In this document: in pieces, positions 41,729 through 50,773 of the stretch | Position numbering within the stretch: position 1 is the first letter of the stretch | How the letters are laid out: each line of letters begins with the position of its first letter | Notes under the pieces: generated by a model | Database searches by the model: none | What the model was told of the DNA's origin: nothing | What the model saw: the letters and a program-made list of their open reading frames with translations, nothing else | Made by a program: the position numbers and the translations under genes | NCBI GenBank assembly: GCA_046861385.1 | Contig: JBHHTW010000008.1 | Location: 8,877-72,876 of the forward strand | Length of the DNA: 64,000 nucleotides | Direction of reading: 5' to 3' | DNA from: Fidelibacterota bacterium | GTDB lineage: Bacteria; Fidelibacterota; Marinisomatia; Marinisomatales; TCS55

Positions 41729-42977
41729 TTTTTTAGTCATACTCTTCTTTTCATGTGAAAAGCATAAAGAGGAGTCCTTGGCTGTAGTTAATGGAAATAC
41801 CATTGCTTTAAAATCATTTATTCAACGATATAATGATTTTCTATTTCAGACACAACTCCAGGACAATTTATTAAATAGAAACCTTTTTCTAAATTCTCTC
41901 ATTGATGAAATTTTAATTGTTGATTACGCCAATGATAGCGGTATAATAAACGATCCTGCTGTTATTAGAGAAAAACAACGTTTATATGATCAATTGTTAT
42001 TGAATCAATTTTTTAATCATCAAATATCCCCCAAGACAAATGCGACAGAATCGGAATTAAGACGTTTATTTACCTGGTCAAAAACTTCGATCCATGTCCG
42101 GCACTTATTTTCCAAAAACCTCGCGACCATTAAGAAAATTCAAAAAGAAATTCAGAGTGGCATTCAATGGGACATATTAGCTAAAACTTATTTTAATGAT
42201 CCCACGCTAAAGGACAATGGCGGGGACATCGGCTGGATGAATATGGGTGAAATGGATCCTGCCTTTGAAGTTGTTGCTTTCTCGCTTACGGGGGATGAAA
42301 TATCCGCTCCTGTAAAAACCAGAAATGGTTATAGTATCATTCAAGTTATAGAAAGGGAAAAAGATATTTTTTTGACTGAACAGGATTATCAGCATGAGAA
42401 GGCCTGGCTGGAACAGCTGGCAGTGCAATATAAAAAATTACCGGCAGTCCGGGCTTATACCGATAGCGTTGAGGCAGAACTCAATATTCATTTTTCACAA
42501 AATAATTTATCGAAACTTTTTAATGCAATAGTATATCATACGGAATCCAGCCACATTTATAATCATTCTCCTCTAGTATTTTTTAAGGACGGTAACCACT
42601 GGACAGTACAGGAAACATACCAAAAGCTGAATGACCTTTCCAGACGGCAATTCAACCATATAACAACAGAAGAAAATCTAAAAAATATTATCCGGGGACT
42701 GGCCGTGAGAAATATATTTCTTGCGGAGGCTGAAAAGATGAGATTAGAAAAATCAGCATTATTTACGGAAACTTTCACTCAAAAATATAATGCATATTTA
42801 ATCAATCTGTGTCTTGAAAATTGTTATAATTCGATTCCTTTGGATACTATCGATCAAATTCAAAGCGTCAAAACAGCTTATATAAATTTTCGTAATGAAT
42901 TAGCTAATAAAAGTTCAATCAGTGTTGACAGCCTGAAAGTAAAATCATTTATTTTAAATCAGGCGATTACATTATGA
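41694..42977 (+). CDS. Parvulin-type peptidyl-prolyl isomerase lipoprotein (PrsA/SurA-like)
   Basis: Lipobox-like LFFSC; HVRHL, GGDIGW, MDPAFE, ISAPVKTRNGYSIIQV. Confidence 0.85.
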   Translation: MQKMQKYLFITSFLVILFFSCEKHKEESLAVVNGNTIALKSFIQRYNDFLFQTQLQDNLLNRNLFLNSLIDEILIVDYANDSGIINDPAVIREKQRLYDQLLLNQFFNHQISPKTNATESELRRLFTWSKTSIHVRHLFSKNLATIKKIQKEIQSGIQWDILAKTYFNDPTLKDNGGDIGWMNMGEMDPAFEVVAFSLTGDEISAPVKTRNGYSIIQVIEREKDIFLTEQDYQHEKAWLEQLAVQYKKLPAVRAYTDSVEAELNIHFSQNNLSKLFNAIVYHTESSHIYNHSPLVFFKDGNHWTVQETYQKLNDLSRRQFNHITTEENLKNIIRGLAVRNIFLAEAEKMRLEKSALFTETFTQKYNAYLINLCLENCYNSIPLDTIDQIQSVKTAYINFRNELANKSSISVDSLKVKSFILNQAITL

Positions 42978-45892
42978 ATCGTAAACTAATTCCATTTCTA
43001 TTATTGATTAATCTGATTGTATTGTCTGCCGGTACAACAGGAAAATTGACAGGTATTCTTTCGGACAAAAATACAGGTGAACCCCTTATTGGCTGTAATA
43101 TCATATTAAATGGAACTGACCTCGGTACTGCTTCTGACATTAATGGTGAATATTTTATATTAAATATTCCCCCTGGGACATATTCCGTTCGATTTCAAAT
43201 GATTGGTTATGAATCGATCATTTCAAATAATGTTTCAATTTCAATTGATAAAACAACCCGGCTGAATGCTGGTTTAGCTATTGAAGTTATTGAAGGGTCT
43301 GAAGTGGTGGTTACAGCAGAGCGAAAATTAATCCGGTTTGATGTGACACAATCGGAAGCGCGTATTACTTCTGACGAATTGGATGCCATGCCGGTGACAG
43401 AAGTGAAAGATATACTGCGATTACAGGGAGGGATAACACAAGATGCCGGTGGCGGTCTGCATATGCGAGGCGGCCGAACCAATGAAATATCATATATGGT
43501 AGACGGTGTTCCCATGAGCGATGCCTATGACGGAGGTCTTTCCGTACAAATTGAAAATGACAATATACAGGAGTTGCAGGTCATCAGCGGTACATTTAAT
43601 GCTGAATATGGAAAAGCGCTTACCGGAGTAGTGAATATGGTGACAAAAGATGGTGGAAATAATTTTGAAGGATTTGTAAATCTTTACGCCGGTGATCATT
43701 CAACCAGTGATACCATTTTCCTTGACCTTGATTCTTATACTGTCCAAAATGATATTAGTCTGTCCGCAAATTTAAACGGTCCTATTATTCCTGGTTTAAT
43801 TACATTTTATTCATCAGGACGGATAAATAAATCAGACGGATGGCTCAACGGTCTCCAAACATTTACAATGTATGGTGATACATTGTTCTACGATAAAAAC
43901 AATAATGGTTATCGTGATAATCAAGAAAAACTAAAAGATCCATTTTATAAAAGTATGAATTGGTACGATTCTTGGTCAACTCAAAATAAAATAACCGTTA
44001 AAATAAGCCCGACAACACGCATAAAAAGAAATTCCATTATCAATTCCAGAGAATCGCAAGACTATAACGAAGACGAGGATCATTTCAATCAAATGGTTCA
44101 GGGCGGTAGAAAAACTGACTACAACTACGGTAGTTTTATTGCATATAATTTATCTCATTCATTTTCATCTATGTCCTTTGCCGAAATTAATGCCACGGAA
44201 TACATACATAAATTTGAGTCATATTTATTTGCAGACCCTCTGGATAGTCGATATACGACTCCAGACAGTCTTTTTTGGGCACATACAGTCGGTTTGTTAC
44301 CGGACCACATTTTAGATAAATATGGTCAAGAAGCAAACTATTTCCCAGAGTATACATTTGATCGATGGGATGTGGAAACAGACAGGTTGAAGCGAAAAAC
44401 AGACACAAAAAGTTTAAAGTTTGATTTAACAGGCCAGATAAATAAATATAACCAGGTAAAATTTGGATTTGATATTACAAGGCATCAATTAACGTATGAC
44501 AGCTATGATTTGTTGGATTTATCAGAAGCCGATCAAATATATACTCCCATTATTCCTGCAAAGGGCAGTTACAACCGAACAACGTATAAATTCAAACCTG
44601 AAGAAATGTCTTTTTATCTACAAGACAAAATTGAATACGGAGATATGATTATTAATGCGGGAATCCGATTTGAATCCTTTGATCCAAAGGCCAAAGTACC
44701 AAGGAATATTCATGAACCTTACATTTATAACCCTCGTAATCCGGCGCTTGATACACTCTCTTTTGAAGAATTAGAAAATATCCATTGGGGGGATATTTCG
44801 TATTTGGATGAAGACAGTCTGGGGAATCCTGTCAGTCATACGTATGCAGAATATTATAACCGTTTTAACGATCAACCTGATCTAGTGAGCCAAAAAGGCT
44901 GGTGGAAAAAAACAACTGTAAAGTCTCAATTAAGTCCACGGTTGGCAGTTGCTTATCCAATTTCTGATAAAGGAGTTATTCATTTTGCTTACGGCTATTT
45001 TTTTAAGATTCCTGATTTTTCAAAATTATACAACGAAACAGATTACAAGCTTTCGGAAACAGAAACAAATTTCGGAATATTTGGTAATCCGGATTTAAAA
45101 CCAGAATCAACGGTCAGCTACGAGCTTGGTCTTCGACAGGAAGTCGGCCCTAATATGAAATTAGAAATCAAAGGTTTCTATAGGGATGCCAGAAATTATG
45201 TTTCCAGCGGAATTCCAATTGACTTAGGTGATGGTAAATCATATTACACCTATGTGAATAAAGATTATTCCAATTCTCGTGGTATTATTATTTCTTTCTA
45301 TAAACGTTTTAATCGACTCATTGGATGGAACTTTGATTATACATATCAGATAGCAGAAGGATCCAATTCAAATCCAGATGAGGAATTTGGCGCTGTACTG
45401 GATGGAAAGGAACCCACACGATCCATTATTCCATTGGACTGGGATCAAAGACATAATATAAATGGATCTATTTCCATTGGAAAAAATGGTTGGGGTGCAA
45501 ATATGATTATCCAATATGGAAGCGGCTACCCTTACACGCCGGAGATCACTAATTATGAACAACAGGGAGCTGTATTATCAAATGTTTTAATACGTAATAG
45601 TCGGAGAAAATCAAGCAATTTCAGAATCGATTTAAAATTATTCAAGCAGGTACAAGTCGGAGCCTTAAACGGTAAATTCTATATTAATATTTATAATTTG
45701 TTTGACAGACGAAATGAAATAAGTGTTTACGGAGACTCGGGGCGATCCGACCAGACAATCGAGGAATCCCGCGCAGAAATAATTTCGCCTTTTGAACCGT
45801 TAAGACCTAATACGATCAATGAATATTATAACCGACCACATTGGTACGATGAACCGCGGGAAATACAATTTGGATTTCAATTCGCATGGTAA
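42974..45892 (+). CDS. TonB-dependent receptor
   Basis: AGTTGKLTG N-terminal carboxypeptidase-like domain; plug LHMRGGR..YMVDG..SGTFNAEYG; SPRLAVAYPIS, GNPDLKPE, NLFD; C-terminal aromatic residue. Confidence 0.93.
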   Translation: MNRKLIPFLLLINLIVLSAGTTGKLTGILSDKNTGEPLIGCNIILNGTDLGTASDINGEYFILNIPPGTYSVRFQMIGYESIISNNVSISIDKTTRLNAGLAIEVIEGSEVVVTAERKLIRFDVTQSEARITSDELDAMPVTEVKDILRLQGGITQDAGGGLHMRGGRTNEISYMVDGVPMSDAYDGGLSVQIENDNIQELQVISGTFNAEYGKALTGVVNMVTKDGGNNFEGFVNLYAGDHSTSDTIFLDLDSYTVQNDISLSANLNGPIIPGLITFYSSGRINKSDGWLNGLQTFTMYGDTLFYDKNNNGYRDNQEKLKDPFYKSMNWYDSWSTQNKITVKISPTTRIKRNSIINSRESQDYNEDEDHFNQMVQGGRKTDYNYGSFIAYNLSHSFSSMSFAEINATEYIHKFESYLFADPLDSRYTTPDSLFWAHTVGLLPDHILDKYGQEANYFPEYTFDRWDVETDRLKRKTDTKSLKFDLTGQINKYNQVKFGFDITRHQLTYDSYDLLDLSEADQIYTPIIPAKGSYNRTTYKFKPEEMSFYLQDKIEYGDMIINAGIRFESFDPKAKVPRNIHEPYIYNPRNPALDTLSFEELENIHWGDISYLDEDSLGNPVSHTYAEYYNRFNDQPDLVSQKGWWKKTTVKSQLSPRLAVAYPISDKGVIHFAYGYFFKIPDFSKLYNETDYKLSETETNFGIFGNPDLKPESTVSYELGLRQEVGPNMKLEIKGFYRDARNYVSSGIPIDLGDGKSYYTYVNKDYSNSRGIIISFYKRFNRLIGWNFDYTYQIAEGSNSNPDEEFGAVLDGKEPTRSIIPLDWDQRHNINGSISIGKNGWGANMIIQYGSGYPYTPEITNYEQQGAVLSNVLIRNSRRKSSNFRIDLKLFKQVQVGALNGKFYINIYNLFDRRNEISVYGDSGRSDQTIEESRAEIISPFEPLRPNTINEYYNRPHWYDEPREIQFGFQFAW

Positions 45893-48800
45893 AATACATT
45901 TCTACATTCTTCCTTTTGGGTGTTCTGCTTCTGGCTCAATCGAGTGAGCGGGGAGACCCAAATTTTCGCCGGGCCACCAACATTGATGTCAATAAAGTCC
46001 GCACCACAATATTTAATTATGGAATTACTGGAAGAACTGGCGCCAACCCGGGTGAAATTCCCTATGAATGGCCCGTGAATTCTAATCAACATTATATTGC
46101 CATGACCGCATTGGCTGTCGGCGCTGAGGTACAAACAACGTCCGGTGAAACCAGAGCATTGGTTACCATTCCTTTTCGTTCGGATCAATCTGGTAATTCC
46201 ATGGCTTGGGAACCCGTCCCGGAGTATTTAAACCCCAATTCCCAGAAAATAACTATCAGTGATGACTTAGACACATGGCCTTCATATTGGCCGGATAAAA
46301 TGGATGACAGTAACGATCCTGGATGGCCAGGGTCTTGGAATGGTTATTTTGGAAAAAATCAATTTAACGCACAACAGGAAATTTATTATAAAACATCGGA
46401 TGATAGAAATTTCATTATTGGAAATCCTTACTCTCCAGATACAACGGATTTGAGCCGTAAAGGAGCGGGACTGTTAACTGGAGTTCGAATCATGGAATGG
46501 AAGCAAATTCTTATTGAAGATGTCGTTTTTATTCTCCATGAAATCACCAATGATGGTTCTTTTGACTATAATAAAGTATCCTTTTCCATGTGGTTGGCTG
46601 ATCTGGTTGGTGGTGATGGTGATAGTGGCGATGATACTCCCGATTTCGATTTGATCTATGATGTCGCCTGGTCCATGGACAGCGACGGTGTTGGTAATGC
46701 TGCTTTTGGTTCAGATCCTGTGGGTGTTGCTGCAACGTCTTTTATTGAAACGCCTGGAAATAATACAGATCGAATTGACAATGATGGCGATGGAGAAGAG
46801 GACGGGCCTATTATTCTTGAAACGATGATTGAGAATGAAATATTGGGGAACGCTATTGATGATAACGGCAATGGTCTTGTGGATGAAAATATGACTCATG
46901 TCCCTTTTGGTAACCAGGCAGGTGTTTCCTTTGCTGACCATATCGACAATGACAATGATGGGGAAGCTGGAAGCCCGGTGGTAACTCAAGACATGATTAA
47001 TGCAGCAAATTCCGGGCAATGGAGTATTTGGCCTAATATAAACGACGAAATTCAAGATTCAATAATCCACCTCATTGGTTTAGATGAATCTGATTTAGAT
47101 CATGCTTATAAGGATGGAATTGATAATAATGCTGACCCAGACAATCCATATTTTCTGGAATACCCAGTTGGATTAGGGGCAGAAGTCAATTCTCCACTAG
47201 TGGATTCGGCTATGGTTTTAGCGGCCGCAAGTGACTTGTGGCTCCGATATAAAGTTCCCAATAGTGATATTATCCTCTATGACGTGAATATTGAAGATAT
47301 TGGGAAACCGTTTGCGGACGGAGTGGATAATGATGGGGACGGAGCTGTTGACGAAGGTATCGATGAAGGAATTGATGAAATGATTGATGAGTCTCGAGAT
47401 GATTTTCTTGACAATGATGGTGACTGGGAGTTGAGCGACGATATTGGCATCAATGGTGATGAGTCTGGCGGAATAGAAGCGGGTGTTGGCGATCAAAAAC
47501 CTACGTCTGGTTCAGGCACAGGTTTCCCCGGTGAGCCCAATATTGATAAAACGGATGTATCAGAATCGGACCAAATGGGGTTAACCGCCGTTGGTTATGA
47601 TCCTGCCGGATCCATTCCGGTTACGAGTGACAATTATTTATGGCTGTTTTACATGACTCCGGGAAGCTACTGGCAGCCACCTCCCGGCGGTCAACCACCC
47701 GGTGATTATGATTTATTTGTTACATCTGGATTTTTCCCGCTGCAGGCCGGGCAAACTGAACGCATTGCCATGGCTGTAACTCTTGGGAACGATGAAGCAG
47801 ACGCCCTGAGAAATAAAGCTGTAGCACAAACCACCTATGACTTTGATTATCAATTTGCCAAAGCTCCAGACCCACCCGTAGTTACAGCGGTTCCCGGAGA
47901 TGGAAAAGTGACTATTTATTGGGATAAGAGCGCTGAAGAATCAATTGATAAATATATGGGCGAAGTTACAAATGGTGTGGATCTCCATGACTTCGAAGGA
48001 TATAAAATTTACAGAGCTACGGATTTCGAATTTAACGATGCCTACACCATCACTGACGGTGATGGGAATCTTACTTTTTTGGAACCCTATTCGCAAAATG
48101 GACAGAAAGCCCAATGGGATATAATTAATGGTAAAAGAGGGTGGCATCCAGTTGATTTAAACGGTATCAAATTTTACCTCGGGGATGATTCCGGTCTGGA
48201 ACATTCTTTCGTAGATGAAAATGTCGTTAATGGACAAAAATATTATTATGCTGTTGTATCCTATGATTACGGCGGTGATTTGACCAACAATATCATTCCC
48301 AGCGACTCCCCCATGAAGCTCCGTGTGAATTCATTAACCGGTACGGTAGAATTGGGGCCAAATGTGGTTGAAGTCACTCCTTCACCTCCTTCCGCCGGGT
48401 ACGTTGATGCTGAATTCCAAGGAGATCAAATTGATCACATTTCCGGCACATCAGTTGGAGAAATATTTCTTGAAATTGTTGAACCGATGGCTATTAAAGA
48501 CCATCACACATACCAGATAACATTTGAAGACACAATATTGCCCAATCAGCAGGGGTTGGCCGGGTATGATACCATTACGACCAAATCTTATTATTTGGTG
48601 GATGTTACCTTTGATGAAAATCCAGACACATTAGTCAATGACGATCATTATTTCCCCGAATCAGATGGACAGATTGTTGATGGCTTCAGATTGGCTTTTA
48701 ATAATATTGCTGATTTGACGTTCAATGAGGAACAGTCAACATGGTCCAGAGATAGTCTCTGGACATTTAAAGTTTTAAGATATGCCACTTTTAATGTAAT

Positions 48801-49611
48801 TGGTACCAAAACTCCTTATGATTATCGAATTATTTTTTCTGAAACACAATCTGATTCCACCATTGATTTTTGTATGCGCTATCTCCCAAATTCATCTACG
48901 TGCTTTCCTGGGTTTTTATATCCGGGACGCGCCGTTAATTTTAAAGTTCAGCGGCGTGAATCCCTCACCGGCGATGACAGTGTAGACTGGGTGGAAATTC
49001 CCATTGGATTTATAGACGTTATCCCTATCGGAACCTCTGATGGTTATTTCAATGCAGATGGAAATAGAGAAAGTGATTGGATTGTATTTTTGGATTACGA
49101 AGATGCTGCCGGAAACCCTGCTCCCTCCTGGGCGTTTTATTTAAATCTCCTCCCATTTGATGATGAACTCATTTATAACGAACCGCAACCGGGCGATACA
49201 GCATATATTATTATCGAAAAGCCATTCCTCCCTGAGGATGTTTATGAATTTACCACCATAGCTTCACACATTGACCCCGCTCAAGCAAAGATCGATCTAA
49301 AAAAGATTAAGGTGGTGCCAAACCCATATCTCGCAGCGAATGCTTTTGAGGGTCAGAACACGTTTACGTCGGGACGAGGCCCAAGAGAAATTCAATTTCG
49401 ATATTTACCGAAAGAGTGTACGATTCGCATATATACAATATCCGGTGAATTAGTGAAAACGATTCATCATTCATCGTCTATGGATTCCGGTACAGGAAAG
49501 TGGGATTTGCTTACAAAAGATAACCTGACAGCATCTTATGGTATTTATATATATCACATCGAAGCACCGGGGATCGGTGAAAAAATCGGGAAATTAGCTA
49601 TTGTAAAATGA
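45886..49611 (+). CDS. Large acidic secreted protein with DxDxDG repeats, Fn3-like domain and divergent C-terminal sorting domain
   Basis: Signal peptide; repeated DNDGDG/DDNGNG/DNDNDG; AVPGDGKVTIYWD..YYYAVVSYD; C-terminal IKVVPNPY..IRIYTISGELVKTI..GIYIYHI. Confidence 0.8.
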   Translation: MVKYISTFFLLGVLLLAQSSERGDPNFRRATNIDVNKVRTTIFNYGITGRTGANPGEIPYEWPVNSNQHYIAMTALAVGAEVQTTSGETRALVTIPFRSDQSGNSMAWEPVPEYLNPNSQKITISDDLDTWPSYWPDKMDDSNDPGWPGSWNGYFGKNQFNAQQEIYYKTSDDRNFIIGNPYSPDTTDLSRKGAGLLTGVRIMEWKQILIEDVVFILHEITNDGSFDYNKVSFSMWLADLVGGDGDSGDDTPDFDLIYDVAWSMDSDGVGNAAFGSDPVGVAATSFIETPGNNTDRIDNDGDGEEDGPIILETMIENEILGNAIDDNGNGLVDENMTHVPFGNQAGVSFADHIDNDNDGEAGSPVVTQDMINAANSGQWSIWPNINDEIQDSIIHLIGLDESDLDHAYKDGIDNNADPDNPYFLEYPVGLGAEVNSPLVDSAMVLAAASDLWLRYKVPNSDIILYDVNIEDIGKPFADGVDNDGDGAVDEGIDEGIDEMIDESRDDFLDNDGDWELSDDIGINGDESGGIEAGVGDQKPTSGSGTGFPGEPNIDKTDVSESDQMGLTAVGYDPAGSIPVTSDNYLWLFYMTPGSYWQPPPGGQPPGDYDLFVTSGFFPLQAGQTERIAMAVTLGNDEADALRNKAVAQTTYDFDYQFAKAPDPPVVTAVPGDGKVTIYWDKSAEESIDKYMGEVTNGVDLHDFEGYKIYRATDFEFNDAYTITDGDGNLTFLEPYSQNGQKAQWDIINGKRGWHPVDLNGIKFYLGDDSGLEHSFVDENVVNGQKYYYAVVSYDYGGDLTNNIIPSDSPMKLRVNSLTGTVELGPNVVEVTPSPPSAGYVDAEFQGDQIDHISGTSVGEIFLEIVEPMAIKDHHTYQITFEDTILPNQQGLAGYDTITTKSYYLVDVTFDENPDTLVNDDHYFPESDGQIVDGFRLAFNNIADLTFNEEQSTWSRDSLWTFKVLRYATFNVIGTKTPYDYRIIFSETQSDSTIDFCMRYLPNSSTCFPGFLYPGRAVNFKVQRRESLTGDDSVDWVEIPIGFIDVIPIGTSDGYFNADGNRESDWIVFLDYEDAAGNPAPSWAFYLNLLPFDDELIYNEPQPGDTAYIIIEKPFLPEDVYEFTTIASHIDPAQAKIDLKKIKVVPNPYLAANAFEGQNTFTSGRGPREIQFRYLPKECTIRIYTISGELVKTIHHSSSMDSGTGKWDLLTKDNLTASYGIYIYHIEAPGIGEKIGKLAIVK

Positions 49612-50615
49612 TGAACATTTTTAAAAAAATATACATTCTTTTGTTCATCATTTCTTTATCCTATGGCGTAGATAAAACGGGTACAACAGCTGCAAAATTT
49701 TTATCCATCAATATTGGTTCTCAAGCTGTTGGCCTGGGTGGCGCTTTTACTTCGATAGCCAATGATGCTACAGCCATGTATTGGAATCCTGCCGGATTAA
49801 GTTTTTACAATACTAAAGAGGTGTATTTAAACCATTCCAATTGGATAGCGGATATTGCATTTGATTATTTTGGCGTAACTCTGCCTCTTCGAGGCGGACA
49901 TGTTTTTGGGTTTAATATTACATCCTTAACGATGGATGATATGGAAGTTACCCGATATGGAAATGAGGATACAGATCAAACCTTTTCTGCGGCTGATTAT
50001 GCAATCGGCATGACATATTCAGTAAACCTGACGGATAGATTTTCGATTGGTTTTAATGGGAAATATATTCAAGAAACGATTGCTAATAATCACGCGTCTA
50101 GTGCTGCTCTGGATGTGGGAACACTATTTACAACACCATATGGATTCAGATTGGGAACCAGTATCAGCAATTTCGGTCCGAAAATGAATATGACTGGTGA
50201 CGATTTGTTGGTTCCGGTTGATGTGAATGAAACAATCAATGGTGACAATGAAAGCATAACCGGGTATTTATCAACAGATTATTTTGATTTACCCCTTGTC
50301 CTAAGAGTGGGTATTTCAAATGATATCCAATTGGGAAATTTAGGTCGTTTCACATGGGCCATTGATGCCAATAATCCTAACGATAACTCCATGTATTTGA
50401 ATATGGGTGCCGAAGCAGGACTGTTCAAAGATTTATTTGTAATAAGAGTCGGGGCGAATTCACTATTTTTGAATGATAGGGAGAAAGAGCTTTCTCTCGG
50501 TTGCGGAATTAACACACCAAGTGCTTTGGGTAGAATTTTGCATTTTAATTATAGCTTTGAAACATTATCTCATCTTGGAGACCTTCATCAAATTAGTTTT
50601 CATATTTCTTATTAA
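49608..50615 (+). CDS. PorV/PorQ-family outer-membrane beta-barrel
   Basis: GTTAAKFLSINIGSQAVGLGGAFTSIANDATAMYWNPAGL N-terminal motif; C-terminal Y. Confidence 0.85.
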   Translation: MMNIFKKIYILLFIISLSYGVDKTGTTAAKFLSINIGSQAVGLGGAFTSIANDATAMYWNPAGLSFYNTKEVYLNHSNWIADIAFDYFGVTLPLRGGHVFGFNITSLTMDDMEVTRYGNEDTDQTFSAADYAIGMTYSVNLTDRFSIGFNGKYIQETIANNHASSAALDVGTLFTTPYGFRLGTSISNFGPKMNMTGDDLLVPVDVNETINGDNESITGYLSTDYFDLPLVLRVGISNDIQLGNLGRFTWAIDANNPNDNSMYLNMGAEAGLFKDLFVIRVGANSLFLNDREKELSLGCGINTPSALGRILHFNYSFETLSHLGDLHQISFHISY

Positions 50616-50664
50616 AACATCTGAAATTTTTCTTGAATATTCCACGAATTCTGTTGAAATTCTG

Positions 50665-50686
50665 AGTGACTCATTTATGAGTTACT
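50665..50686. promoter_or_regulatory. Candidate TrmB-family operator, copy 4 (upstream of the multi-CBM protein)
   Basis: AGTGACTCA-TTTA-TGAGTTACT, 1 mismatch. Confidence 0.75.
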
Positions 50687-50773
50687 AATTATGTTCAATG
50701 AATTATCTCCTTTGAATATATACTTTAAAACATTTGAAAAACTAAATAACATTATAAAATCAAGGATAATCTT

